Positions 33,391 through 43,274 of a stretch of 64,000 nucleotides of DNA are shown here, piece after piece. A model generated the notes under the pieces. That model was not told where the DNA came from, did not search any database, and worked only from the letters and a program-made list of their open reading frames with translations. The first letter of the stretch is position 1. Each line of letters opens with the position of its first letter. A program made the position numbers and the translations under genes. The stretch comes from Candidatus Cloacimonadota bacterium (lineage in GTDB: Bacteria; Cloacimonadota; Cloacimonadia; Cloacimonadales; Cloacimonadaceae), in the NCBI GenBank assembly GCA_020532515.1, contig JAJBAY010000001.1, positions 26,214 through 90,213 of the forward strand. Direction: 5' to 3'.

Positions 33391-35930
33391 TGAAAATCGC
33401 ATTATCATGGTTAAAGCGTTACCTGGAAGTGGATAAGGAGAATCACCAGCTCTCTGATCTGCTCACTTTTGCCGGCATCGAAGTAGAGGGCATGCAAGAG
33501 CTACCTGCCTTTGGCGACAAAGTTTTCGCAGCGAAGGTTATCTCTGCCCAAAAAGTGCCCAAGACAGATCACTTGCAGATCTGCTCCGTGGATATTGGGG
33601 ATATACACTATCCTGGAAAAGATGAAAACAACTGCATTCCAGTAATCTGCGGCGCTCCCAATTGCAGCGCAGGTATGATGGCTGTGTTGGCTTTACCTGG
33701 CGCAGAACTCGGTGATATCAAGATTGAAAAAGCCAAGATCCGCGGGATAGAATCTCACGGCATGCTCTGCTCGGAGCGCGAGCTTGGCCTTTCAGAAAAT
33801 CATGCTGGAATCATAGCCCTGCCTACCGAGATAATGATAGGCACTTTGGCAGATGTTTTGTATGAATTGCCCGATTGTGTGTTTGATCTGGAAATCACAC
33901 CAAACCGTAGTGATCTTTTAGGTTATGTCGGTATCGCCAGAGACCTTTCCGCCAAGCTCTTACGCCCGGTGATCAAGCCTGGTTTGCCGAAGCTTAAAAT
34001 CGGCAATGAAGAGCTTAAACTGGGTTTGAAGAATCTCGAGCCAGAACTTTGTCCCCGCTATACAGCGCGGGTCATCAAGGGCGTTACCATCAAAGAATCA
34101 CCGCTTTGGCTGAAAACCGCTCTGATCAAAAGTGGCCTCAGGCCCATCAACAATATCGTGGACGTAACAAATTTCGTGATGCTGGAAAGCGGACATCCTC
34201 TGCATGCTTTTGATTATGACAAGCTGGAAGCAAGTGATGACGCTCAGGGCTATCCTGACATCGTGGTGCGTACTGCCTACACAAAAGAAGAATTTATTGC
34301 CCTGGATGGCAAAAAGTATTGTTTGGATGGTGATGAACTGGTGATCGCTGATGGCAAGAAAGCCTCTGCTTTGGCCGGAGTAATGGGTTCAGCCCACTCA
34401 GCCATAAGCGAGCAGACTGTGAATATTGTGCTCGAATGCGCAGCCTTTCATCCCGGATCGATCCGCAAAACCTCATATAAACACAAGCTCGGTACGGATT
34501 CTTCCTACCGCTTTGAAAGGCATCTCTCTGCCAAAAGTGCGGCCGAAATCAGCGATCGGGCTACTGCTCTGATCCTGGAGCTGGCCGGTGGAACGATCTG
34601 TGGAGAATTGCTGGATAGCTATCCTACACATGATGAAGAGATTATCCTGGGAGTACGTCCTCATAGATTTGAGTCTTTGATCGGTTATGCTCTGTCTAAT
34701 GACAAGATTCGCGAGATTTTGGAAAACCTGGGCTTTGCTTTCATCAAATATGGAGATTTCAAGCCACGACCGATTGCCTATGTAGAAGATATTCCCTCTT
34801 TACAGACAAATGGGGTGAAAGACCAAGACCTTCAAAGCAGAAAGCTTCAGGACAATAGCTTTACCCATTATTATCGGATCCCCACTTATCGTAAAGACAT
34901 CACCCGGGAAGCAGACATTTTGGAAGAGCTGGCACGGTTGGCGGGATATGATAAAGTGCCGCAGAAGACAGTTTTAGGACAGATAATGGATCGTCATGCC
35001 TACAAAATCCAAAATCAGGCAACGGATTGGATAGTGTCTTTTGGCGCTTATGAAACCTTGAACTATAGCTTTACAGACCCTGCGCTGATGCAGCTTTTGG
35101 GTTACGAGGATAAGGACACCAACTATATTCAGCTGTTGAATCCCCAGAGCTCAAATAATAGCGTGATGCGAGTCTCGTTATTACCGCAATTGCTCAGCAA
35201 TCTGGAGTATAACCTGAATCATGCAGAGCGGGATGTGAAGCTCTTTGAACTGGGTAAAGTGTATCTGAAAAAGAAGAGCGATCACCATGAGCCCAAGCAT
35301 CTTGCAGCTATTTTTACCGGCAAAGCTAATGTCGAACACTGGCAACACAAGTCAGCTCAGATAGATTATTACTGGGTAAAGGGCTGCTTTGAAGGCCTGC
35401 TGTCCAGGCTTGGTATCAGCTATCAGGCACATACCTGCGAGCTGCCCTATCTGATAGCCAAGGAAGCATCCGCTTACTATCATAAAGAAACTCTTTTAGG
35501 CAGTTTTGGCAGGATAAAACCTGCTGTGCTTCAAGCTTTTGGCATTGATGCCAATAGCCTGGGTCAGGATGTCTGGACTCTGGATTTTGAGCTGGAGAAT
35601 CTGGTAAAGCTGACCAGAAATCTAGGGATTAAATATCATGATATCCCCAAGTACCCTGCTGTGGTACGAGATATTTCCTTCCTGATTTCAGATCAATATA
35701 GCTATCTCGAGCTGCGCCACAGTATCACTGCTATCAATACAGATATTATCAGAGAAGTAAAAGTATTTGATGAATACCGTTCAAAGCAAATCCCACAAGG
35801 CTTTAGAAGCCTCAGCCTGCACATAACGATCCAAGATCAAGAAAAAACATTGACAGATGAGCGCCTTGATGAGCTAATGATTTCAGTGCAAAAAACACTA
35901 ACAGATAAATTTGAAATTGCAATGAGGTAA
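33390..35930 (+). CDS. pheT: phenylalanine--tRNA ligase beta subunit
   Basis: 846 aa. TAATG overlap with pheS. N-terminal MKIALSWLKRYL, tRNA-binding, B3/4, B5 and FDX-ACB-like C-terminal segments. Confidence 0.95.
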   Translation: MKIALSWLKRYLEVDKENHQLSDLLTFAGIEVEGMQELPAFGDKVFAAKVISAQKVPKTDHLQICSVDIGDIHYPGKDENNCIPVICGAPNCSAGMMAVLALPGAELGDIKIEKAKIRGIESHGMLCSERELGLSENHAGIIALPTEIMIGTLADVLYELPDCVFDLEITPNRSDLLGYVGIARDLSAKLLRPVIKPGLPKLKIGNEELKLGLKNLEPELCPRYTARVIKGVTIKESPLWLKTALIKSGLRPINNIVDVTNFVMLESGHPLHAFDYDKLEASDDAQGYPDIVVRTAYTKEEFIALDGKKYCLDGDELVIADGKKASALAGVMGSAHSAISEQTVNIVLECAAFHPGSIRKTSYKHKLGTDSSYRFERHLSAKSAAEISDRATALILELAGGTICGELLDSYPTHDEEIILGVRPHRFESLIGYALSNDKIREILENLGFAFIKYGDFKPRPIAYVEDIPSLQTNGVKDQDLQSRKLQDNSFTHYYRIPTYRKDITREADILEELARLAGYDKVPQKTVLGQIMDRHAYKIQNQATDWIVSFGAYETLNYSFTDPALMQLLGYEDKDTNYIQLLNPQSSNNSVMRVSLLPQLLSNLEYNLNHAERDVKLFELGKVYLKKKSDHHEPKHLAAIFTGKANVEHWQHKSAQIDYYWVKGCFEGLLSRLGISYQAHTCELPYLIAKEASAYYHKETLLGSFGRIKPAVLQAFGIDANSLGQDVWTLDFELENLVKLTRNLGIKYHDIPKYPAVVRDISFLISDQYSYLELRHSITAINTDIIREVKVFDEYRSKQIPQGFRSLSLHITIQDQEKTLTDERLDELMISVQKTLTDKFEIAMR

Positions 35931-35932
35931 AT

Positions 35933-36256
35933 ATGGAAAGTCCGATTGTAAATCTGCAGCAGAGACTGCAGAAATTGATTGATCAATATACCGTAAATAA
36001 AAAGGAACTGGACGAGCTAAAGACCAGCTATACTCAGCTTAGGGATGAGAATACCCAGCTGCTCAGCCAGATCGAAGATTATGTCAATCTGGTAACAGAT
36101 ACAGATAATTCTCTAAAGACACTTCAAGGTGAACATCAAAGTCTGAAAAACAAGTATGACGAAATGGAAAAGATGCTCTTCGGCGTAGAAAGCTTTGCTG
36201 ACGACGCTATCAAGAAAATCGATGATATCTTCCCCAAGATAGGGGACAGCGAGTAA
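35933..36256 (+). CDS. coiled-coil protein (ZapB-like, tentative)
   Basis: 107 aa with heptad-rich, Leu/Glu/Gln-rich sequence, immediately upstream of zapA. Confidence 0.55.
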   Translation: MESPIVNLQQRLQKLIDQYTVNKKELDELKTSYTQLRDENTQLLSQIEDYVNLVTDTDNSLKTLQGEHQSLKNKYDEMEKMLFGVESFADDAIKKIDDIFPKIGDSE

Positions 36257-36259
36257 GCA

Positions 36260-36526
36260 ATGAAATCGGTAGAGGTGGAGATTTTTGGGCGCTTATTTCG
36301 TCTGAGAAGCGACAATCCTACCCGCACACAAAAGATTGCTGAAGACTTATCTGAACAACTGACAGAAATTTATGAGAGCTACGAGAATCTGGATTTTTCC
36401 AGGCTTTTGCTGCTCGCCTGTTTTCAGCGTGAAGAGAAGCTGCAAATAGCAATAGAAGAAAACCAAGAATTGAAAACCGAACTAAACCGGGTAAATCAGA
36501 TGCTGGAAAGCATTGTGAATATATGA
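36260..36526 (+). CDS. zapA: cell division protein ZapA
   Basis: 88 aa. VEVEIFGRLFRLRSDN matches the ZapA N-terminal pattern, with a coiled-coil C-terminus. Confidence 0.75.
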   Translation: MKSVEVEIFGRLFRLRSDNPTRTQKIAEDLSEQLTEIYESYENLDFSRLLLLACFQREEKLQIAIEENQELKTELNRVNQMLESIVNI

Positions 36527-36535
36527 AATTAGCCT

Positions 36536-36711
36536 GCGGAATTCGTGATATGGATTGCATAAAAGCCAATGAATAATAAGGGAGTCGAGCCATGGGTGGC
36601 ATGCGCGCCGGTTCATTCCGGATACATAAAGCCCACAAGGTAGATTCCCACCTGCAGTATGGCTTTGAATAAAGTCAAACATACACGGTTCACGCGGGCC
36701 TTTAATTCTGC
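36536..36711 (+). ncRNA. candidate structured RNA with 6S-like architecture (unverified)
   Basis: Closing helices are 36536-36543/36704-36711, 36544-36548/36690-36694 and 36549-36552/36680-36683. The internal loop is 36553-36587 / 36665-36679. The apical helix is AGCCATGGGTGG (36588-36599) pairing with CCCACC (36647-36652) and ATGGCT (36659-36664). One G:T pair favours the plus strand. Confidence 0.25.
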
Positions 36712-36763
36712 TTCCCGAATTATTTCGGTGAGCGTAAATAGATCGAACTAAGGAAATAGTATT

Positions 36764-38329
36764 ATGCAAATAGCATACATAGCAAGTGCCATCGCTTTTG
36801 CCGTGGGCTTTCTTTTCGCATTGGTGATATATCTGATCAAGCGCAATAGCGCCTTTAGGGCTGTATCCCAAGCTACAGAGATTGCCGAAAGCATCAAAAG
36901 AGATGCAGCAAAAGAGGCCGAGGTCGCCAAGAAAGCGGCTTTGGTGGAAGCACGCGAAGAATGGTTTAAACAAAAACGTATCTTCGATGAAGAAGTAAAA
37001 GAACGTCAGCGTGAGCTCAGAGCTCAGGAAAAGAAATACAATGAGCGCTTGGGCAGCTTGGATAAACGGCTGGATTCCCTGGATAAAAAGGAAAACAACC
37101 TTACTGAACAGGAACAGAGACTTAAGGGTAAAGAAGACGAACTGCAGCAGAAGAAGCAGGAATTTGATGATATTATCACTGAACAAAAGCGAAAACTGGC
37201 CGAAGTGGCAGGACTTTCTCGCGAAGAGGCTTTGGAGCGTCTGCGTCTGGAACTCATCGCCACTGCACGTCAGGTGGCTGCCAATGATGCCAAACTCACC
37301 ATCGAGCAGCTGAAGCTGGACACCACCAGAAAGGCCACCGAAATCCTTGCCACTGCCATCCAACGCATGGCTGTGGATCATGTCTCCGAAAGCACTGTAT
37401 CCGTAGTGTCTCTGCCCTCGGATGAGATGAAGGGGCGCATCATCGGTCGCGAAGGTAGAAACATTCGCACCTTTGAAAAAGCTTCGGGAGTAGATCTGAT
37501 TATAGACGATACTCCGGAGGCCGTAGTGCTTTCCTGTTTTGATCCTGTACGCAGAGAGATTGCACGTCTGTCTTTGGAGAAACTGATCTCCGATGGCAGA
37601 ATCCATCCCGGACGCATCGAAGAAGTAATCGCCAAAACCAATAAGGAAATGGATGAAAACCTCATCAAGATCGGTGAAAAGGCAGTATTGGAAACCAATA
37701 TCCACAATATCTCGCCAAACCTGATCAAAGTCTTGGGACGCCTGCATTATCGTACCTCTTATGGGCAGAATGTATTGCAACACTCCATTGAAGCAGCCTG
37801 GATCTGTGGTATATTGGCAGCAGAGCTGCAATTGGATCAGGAAGTTGCCCGCCGAGCCGGAATGCTGCACGACATCGGAAAAGCTGCAGATCATGAATTC
37901 GACGGCACTCATGCCATTATCGGAGCCAATTTAGCTCGCAAAAATGGCGAAGGTAAGTTGATCGTAAATGCTATCGAAGCGCACCATGAAGAAGTGGAAG
38001 CGCTTTCGGTTTATGCCGCTTTGGTGCAAGCTTCAGATGCCATATCCGGAGCCCGTCCCGGAGCCCGGCGAGAAATGCTGGAAACTTATATGCAGCGCCT
38101 GGCCAAGCTGGAAGAGATCGCCAATAAAGTCGAAGGTGTGAATAAATCCTATGCCATTCAGGCCGGCAGAGAGTTGCGCATTATCGTGGAGCCCTCCATG
38201 ATCGAGGAAAATCAAACACCGCTTCTGGCCTCTGAGATTGCCGCTTCGATAGAGAAGCAAGTACAGTATCCAGGACAGATTAAAGTAACCGTGATTCGAG
38301 AGACACGCCAGATCGCAATGGCAAAATAA
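36764..38329 (+). CDS. rny: ribonuclease Y
   Basis: N-terminal TM helix, long charged coiled coil, KH (GRIIGREGRNIR) and HD (LHDIGKA) domains. 521 aa. Confidence 0.95.
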   Translation: MQIAYIASAIAFAVGFLFALVIYLIKRNSAFRAVSQATEIAESIKRDAAKEAEVAKKAALVEAREEWFKQKRIFDEEVKERQRELRAQEKKYNERLGSLDKRLDSLDKKENNLTEQEQRLKGKEDELQQKKQEFDDIITEQKRKLAEVAGLSREEALERLRLELIATARQVAANDAKLTIEQLKLDTTRKATEILATAIQRMAVDHVSESTVSVVSLPSDEMKGRIIGREGRNIRTFEKASGVDLIIDDTPEAVVLSCFDPVRREIARLSLEKLISDGRIHPGRIEEVIAKTNKEMDENLIKIGEKAVLETNIHNISPNLIKVLGRLHYRTSYGQNVLQHSIEAAWICGILAAELQLDQEVARRAGMLHDIGKAADHEFDGTHAIIGANLARKNGEGKLIVNAIEAHHEEVEALSVYAALVQASDAISGARPGARREMLETYMQRLAKLEEIANKVEGVNKSYAIQAGRELRIIVEPSMIEENQTPLLASEIAASIEKQVQYPGQIKVTVIRETRQIAMAK

Positions 38330-39109
38330 ATGACAATCCTCTTTTTCGGCGACGTATTTGGCAAACCGGGCAGAACAGCCCTGCTGAGTCGTTTACCAGA
38401 GCTGATTGCTCAATACAACAGCGATTTTGTGATCGTGAATGGTGAGAACCTGGCCGATGGCAAGGGCATCACCGAAAGGACCCTAAAGCCGCTATTGAGC
38501 AGAAGCGTGGATGTGATCACCAGTGGCAATCATCTCTGGGATCGCCAAGAGGGGTTGGAATATATTGCCGAGGAGCCCAGAATCGTGAGACCTATGAACT
38601 ATCCTCCTTTTGCACCGGGGAGCATGAATTACATTATCCGCAAGGGTGATCTGGCGCTCAACGTGATCTGCCTTACCGGCCAGATTTATATGCCGCCTTG
38701 TGATTCTCCCTTTCTGGCATTTGATAGTTTCTGGGATGCTGCAGATCAAACGCTACCCCTATTTGTGGATTTCCATGCGGAATCTACCGCTGAAAAGCGT
38801 GCATTTGGCTGGTACGTGGATGGCAGAGCTTCTGCTGTGATCGGCACCCACACTCATATTCAGACTGCTGATGAGGAAATCCTCAGTGAAGGCACCGCCT
38901 ATCTGACGGATGCCGGTATGACAGGCGCTCACGATAGTGTGATCGGTGTGAAAAAGGAAATCATCCTGGAGAAATTCAGAACTTCTGTGCCTCACCGCTT
39001 TGAAACTTCGGATCAGGGACTCATGATAAATGGCGTTGCACTGGATATAGATCCAGTTTCGCGCCAGGCTACCCGTATTGAGCGCATTAGACTGGCAGTG
39101 GAGGAATAA
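38330..39109 (+). CDS. ymdB: YmdB-family metallophosphoesterase (2',3'-cyclic-nucleotide 2'-phosphodiesterase)
   Basis: ILFFGDVFGKPGR, VNGENLADGKG, SGNHLWD, DFHAE and GTHTHIQTAD motifs. It directly follows rny, as in Bacillus. Confidence 0.85.
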   Translation: MTILFFGDVFGKPGRTALLSRLPELIAQYNSDFVIVNGENLADGKGITERTLKPLLSRSVDVITSGNHLWDRQEGLEYIAEEPRIVRPMNYPPFAPGSMNYIIRKGDLALNVICLTGQIYMPPCDSPFLAFDSFWDAADQTLPLFVDFHAESTAEKRAFGWYVDGRASAVIGTHTHIQTADEEILSEGTAYLTDAGMTGAHDSVIGVKKEIILEKFRTSVPHRFETSDQGLMINGVALDIDPVSRQATRIERIRLAVEE

Positions 39110-40030
39110 ATGCAAAAAGAATTGAAAGGCAAGGCTATCGCACTGGCGATCAATAAGGTCTCCAAAGCCCTGATTCAGGAGTATGATCTAAGCCCAAGCA
39201 TGCGCTTGATCCAGGTGGGGGAAGACCCCGCCTCTTCCTACTATGTGCAAAGCATCGTGAATACCGCTTCCCGCTTGGGTTGCAAAGCTGAATTGCTATC
39301 CTTGTCAAAGACTGCGAGTCAAGAGGACTTGATATCTGTGATCCAAGCCGCCAATGAAGATACAGGTGTGCATGGCATCATGCTGCAAAAACCTCTGCCC
39401 AAAACGATGGATGACAGCCAGATAAATATGAGCATTGACCCAAATAAAGACATTGATGCTCTGCATCCGCTGAATTTAGGTAAAATCCTTATGCAAGAAG
39501 ATGGCTTTTTGCCGAACACTCCAGCGGCGGTTTATTACACTTTGAAGTATTATGACATCGACCCCATGGGCAAGAATGTAGTAGTTTTAGGGCGTTCAAA
39601 CGTGGTGGGAAAACCCTTGGCGAATATGCTTTTGTGGAAGAAGCCCTATGCTAATGCCACGGTAACAGTTTGCCACAGCCGCACCCGCAACCTAAAGGAA
39701 ATCTGTCAAAATGCGGAGATCTTGATTGCTGCGATCGGCAAAGCGAATTTTGTTTCGCCGGATATGATTAAAGATGGCGCAGTCTTGATAGACGTAGGCA
39801 TCAATGAGATCATACAGCCAGATGGCAGCTCCAGCTATGTGGGTGACATAGACTATGATGCTTGCTATGAAAAAGCTCAGGCCATTACTCCCGTTCCGGG
39901 GGGAATTGGCCGGATTACCACCAGTCTTTTGTATTTGAATTTGGTGAAAGCTTGTCTTATTGCCAAAAAAATAAATAAAAACGTTGACGAATATGTCGAT
40001 CTGATTTTTGGTGAGAACCAAAAGAAATAA
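39110..40030 (+). CDS. folD: bifunctional methylenetetrahydrofolate dehydrogenase/cyclohydrolase
   Basis: VGEDPASSYYV, LQKPLP, VLGRSNVVGKPL and TPVPGGIG motifs. 306 aa. Confidence 0.9.
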   Translation: MQKELKGKAIALAINKVSKALIQEYDLSPSMRLIQVGEDPASSYYVQSIVNTASRLGCKAELLSLSKTASQEDLISVIQAANEDTGVHGIMLQKPLPKTMDDSQINMSIDPNKDIDALHPLNLGKILMQEDGFLPNTPAAVYYTLKYYDIDPMGKNVVVLGRSNVVGKPLANMLLWKKPYANATVTVCHSRTRNLKEICQNAEILIAAIGKANFVSPDMIKDGAVLIDVGINEIIQPDGSSSYVGDIDYDACYEKAQAITPVPGGIGRITTSLLYLNLVKACLIAKKINKNVDEYVDLIFGENQKK

Positions 40031-40053
40031 TAACCTGATGTTTGGGAGGAACG

Positions 40054-42561
40054 ATGAAGAATAAGAGTTATAGACTCTTGGCGATCATCTTGATACTTAC
40101 GGCAGTAGCTCTTGTTGTGACCGGCTGTGGAAAGTCCGGGAACAGATTTGCAAACGAACTGCCTTCGATTTCAATTACCTCATTTGAGGGTTGGAGTAAT
40201 GATAATATTCCAGCAAACGTGGATACAACTAGCCATGAGTACCTTTTTCAACAGAAGATATTCTGGCATGCCACAGATCCTGATGGCGTTATCACTGGGT
40301 ACGCTTTCCGTATTCTGGATGAAAACCAAGATCCCATTGCAGTGCCGGGCTATAAGTATATAGCAGACGCTGCCAGTGGCCTGATCCCGGAGAATCTATT
40401 GAACAAACACGGAGAAGGCTGGGTAATTCACTATCTACCCGGTGCGCCACAAGATTACCCTTTGGATAATCATTTGGCTAAGCGCACAATCTGGACAAAT
40501 CAGAAATATGCGCTGATCAATTTTCCCGCATCTGATGAAAACGGCGATCCGATGCCCACGATATCATATTTTGAAGTATTGGCGATTGACAATCGTGGAG
40601 ACATTACCAAGAATACAGCCAAGCGTAAATTCCGCACAAACTCAAATCGTCCTGATTGCATTGCCAGTACTACCAGAGGCAACCCTGATGGCGGTGATGT
40701 AGGAAGTGGCATGACTCTCAGATTTTCTATGAACTATCCAGATAGCTTGAATATGCTGATCGATGCGGTTCCTTCAAGATTCGAATTTAAGATGATGAAG
40801 ATCGACGATGTGACGAAACAGATTGTTGCCGGTACTGAGACTGAGTGGTTCAACACAGTGGGGCAGGAGCGCATTAATGAATTTCGCCTAACCAAAAGAA
40901 CCAATCCACCCTTGACATACGATTATGATCAAGAGGGTAATTCACTAGGCTATAGTACCAGAGTGGTTGCCCGGGCTGTCGATTTGGCTGGAGTATATTC
41001 CGATATGACCATACCCACGGATAATAAGCCTCCTAATTGGCAAGTCAATTTTAAAGTAAAACCTGGCTTCCATCCACGGACCACTCTCTATTCCCAAAGG
41101 ATTCTTGCTTTGGGCGAAAATCATTTTGAAGATATAAAAGACGAATCGACCCCTGAAGATCTGCCCTATACTGTCGTTCAAGGGGAAAATCTTTATGCCA
41201 CTCCTTTATTTAAAGACTTCACAAACACCTATTCTGTAGTTCACAGCACAGATCTCAGGATTTACGTCCGCTGGGGTTGGTGGGGTGAATACGGTGAAGA
41301 ATCTAGTAGTGGTTCCATCACCTATCCTGCCGACAATCCTTATGTAAAGAAATTTGACGCTGTTTTAAGCGAACCTGACTCTACAACCGGAAATCCAGGT
41401 GGCAAGAATTACTATTCGGAGATCACCCATTTTGATCTTCGCTATGATGGTGAGCCTTATTTCTTTCAGCCTTTCCCCGGATCACAATATAATTTTGTCG
41501 ATGATGATGGAACTGAGTGGCTGAGATTACCTCTGTACTCTCCCCTCAGACAATCCATCGTGCTCACTGGAAACCAAATCAACCCTGGAAGACATAAATT
41601 TGAAGTTCGTGCTGTGGATTCTCAGGATGAAGTTTCCAAATATCCGGCTGTATTCGAGTTCAATGTTGTGCCCTATATCCCACCAGCTTCACGTTCTGGA
41701 ATCTTGATCGTGGATGATGATGTCGACAGTGCCCAATACTCACCAGAAGAGATTGTGAATGCTAAATATACCAGCATGACCTCTGGTATTGGAGCCGTGA
41801 CCATGTTCAAACTATTCCAAAAAAGTCTTGATCCAGGACCAGAAGAGACAGCAGAAGAAAGAAGGCGTAAAGACGCTCGTGGCCGCGAACTGTCATTCTC
41901 TGAGTTACAAAAGTATAAATTGGTAATCTATCATGCGGATCATCCTGCCCGTGGTGGTACTATTGAGGATGAGGTCGATGGCCTCTCTCTTTTCCTGCGT
42001 GGCGGCGGGAATCTCGTGATTTCTCATACTGCACAATTTAAGTCCAAGGTCGAAAGTATCGCAAATAAGTATGCCCTGGGTTTGAATTCCAGAAAATATA
42101 CGATTATGGACTTCATGGGTCTGCCCAGAGTTCCGAAAATGACCCCTGGATCCCAAAATCTCAGTGTCGGAGCCTTCTTCCAAAAAGGCGTAGGGAGCTC
42201 AGGGTTTCCGAACGTAGGCGTGCAATATTCCGATAATCCTGATAATACAGCCGGCACTGCAGCTTTCAACCCTATCGTTGAGAGTCGCAAAGGCTTTTCT
42301 GCTGTGGCGTATTATAATGTGGTCAATGGAGCACCGAATATACTTGGTGACCCGATTTATACCTACGGTTGCAAACCTGTGGACTTCCCTACATCTCCCC
42401 CCACCCAAGCTCAATTTGATACTTTCAATGGTAAGGTGGTAGGAGTGCGCAAAACAAACAGTAACGGCGGCAAGGTATATACATTTACCTTCCCATTATC
42501 TTATATGCTGGATAGCCATACCAAGGCTCTGATCAATAAAATCTGGAGCGAACTGCAATAA
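40054..42561 (+). CDS. large lipoprotein, paralogue of 1964..4099 product
   Basis: ATG at 40054 follows GGGAGGA. Lipobox VVTGC. The C-terminal ~435 aa are paralogous to the 1964 product and end with YTYGCKPVDFPTSPPTQAQF...FTFPLSYM. Confidence 0.8.
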   Translation: MKNKSYRLLAIILILTAVALVVTGCGKSGNRFANELPSISITSFEGWSNDNIPANVDTTSHEYLFQQKIFWHATDPDGVITGYAFRILDENQDPIAVPGYKYIADAASGLIPENLLNKHGEGWVIHYLPGAPQDYPLDNHLAKRTIWTNQKYALINFPASDENGDPMPTISYFEVLAIDNRGDITKNTAKRKFRTNSNRPDCIASTTRGNPDGGDVGSGMTLRFSMNYPDSLNMLIDAVPSRFEFKMMKIDDVTKQIVAGTETEWFNTVGQERINEFRLTKRTNPPLTYDYDQEGNSLGYSTRVVARAVDLAGVYSDMTIPTDNKPPNWQVNFKVKPGFHPRTTLYSQRILALGENHFEDIKDESTPEDLPYTVVQGENLYATPLFKDFTNTYSVVHSTDLRIYVRWGWWGEYGEESSSGSITYPADNPYVKKFDAVLSEPDSTTGNPGGKNYYSEITHFDLRYDGEPYFFQPFPGSQYNFVDDDGTEWLRLPLYSPLRQSIVLTGNQINPGRHKFEVRAVDSQDEVSKYPAVFEFNVVPYIPPASRSGILIVDDDVDSAQYSPEEIVNAKYTSMTSGIGAVTMFKLFQKSLDPGPEETAEERRRKDARGRELSFSELQKYKLVIYHADHPARGGTIEDEVDGLSLFLRGGGNLVISHTAQFKSKVESIANKYALGLNSRKYTIMDFMGLPRVPKMTPGSQNLSVGAFFQKGVGSSGFPNVGVQYSDNPDNTAGTAAFNPIVESRKGFSAVAYYNVVNGAPNILGDPIYTYGCKPVDFPTSPPTQAQFDTFNGKVVGVRKTNSNGGKVYTFTFPLSYMLDSHTKALINKIWSELQ

Positions 42562-42587
42562 ATCCTGAATATCAATATAAATAAACA

Positions 42588-42610
42588 GGGGGCGTCGATT
42601 CGACGCCCCC
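42588..42610. terminator. bidirectional terminator hairpin between convergent genes
   Basis: GGGGGCGTCG-ATT-CGACGCCCCC followed by TTTAT on the plus strand. It lies between the stops at 42561 (+) and 42627 (-). Confidence 0.75.
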
Positions 42611-42626
42611 TTTATCATATATAGCA

Positions 42627-43274
42627 TTATTGCCAATATCGCGAGTCAAAGAAAGAGCCCAGGTCCACCAGCTTTTTCCCAGCAATCAATTTGTAGATAA
42701 ACACATCTTCCGCTCCTGCATCCAGGTACACTGAACGGATCAATTCCGAGCAGTAAAGCCGATCACTGTTGCTGAGATCAAAATCGTGATCAAAGGCTGA
42801 TCTCTGACTTAGGTAGTATCTGGCTCTATTGCCAAGCAGCGCAGGCTCGATCTGAAAGGCCGGCTTTATGTGCCGTATATTTCCCAGATATGCTTTGCTG
42901 ATGAAAGACTGAAGATCCTCAATACGAATGCCATCACTATCCGAGATGCTGCCCGAAATGCTGTGGATGATCTTCCATTTGCCCTGATCATGCACCAATA
43001 TGCCGCAATGCGACATACCCTCGGCAGAGGGGAAGGCCTGGGTGATCAGGGTGGAGATGAGGGAATTGCCTTGCCTGAGCAAGATGTCGCCTTCAGTGAA
43101 GCGTGTGCTATCCACAAAGGCACTGTGCCCTTTCAGACTATCAGGCTCCCAAGAGAAAGCTCTGCCACGAAAGGCAGAGCTTGTTAATATGCTGACTGTT
43201 GTCAGGCCGAGGCCAATGAGCGCAAGCCTATTTGTCCAGGTCTTCCTTGGCAAGGTCCACTTTCCAGGTCCCAT
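42627..43274 (-). CDS. YiiX-family permuted papain-like (NlpC/P60-type) enzyme
   Basis: N-terminal TM/signal segment. MSHCGILV and LYCSELI segments are typical of the YiiX/C92 family. The start overlaps the upstream gene by 47 nt, so the 5' end is uncertain. Confidence 0.6.
   Translation of the reverse strand: MGPGKWTLPRKTWTNRLALIGLGLTTVSILTSSAFRGRAFSWEPDSLKGHSAFVDSTRFTEGDILLRQGNSLISTLITQAFPSAEGMSHCGILVHDQGKWKIIHSISGSISDSDGIRIEDLQSFISKAYLGNIRHIKPAFQIEPALLGNRARYYLSQRSAFDHDFDLSNSDRLYCSELIRSVYLDAGAEDVFIYKLIAGKKLVDLGSFFDSRYWQ

Noticed and set aside
36482-37912. 476-aa ORF on the minus strand, the second-longest minus-strand ORF in this part of the window
   Set aside because: It is entirely antisense to rny and the zapA-rny spacer. 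rny has unmistakable KH/HD motifs. The antisense peptide is low-complexity (Phe/Leu/Ser-rich), as expected from reading a Glu/Lys-rich coiled-coil region backwards.
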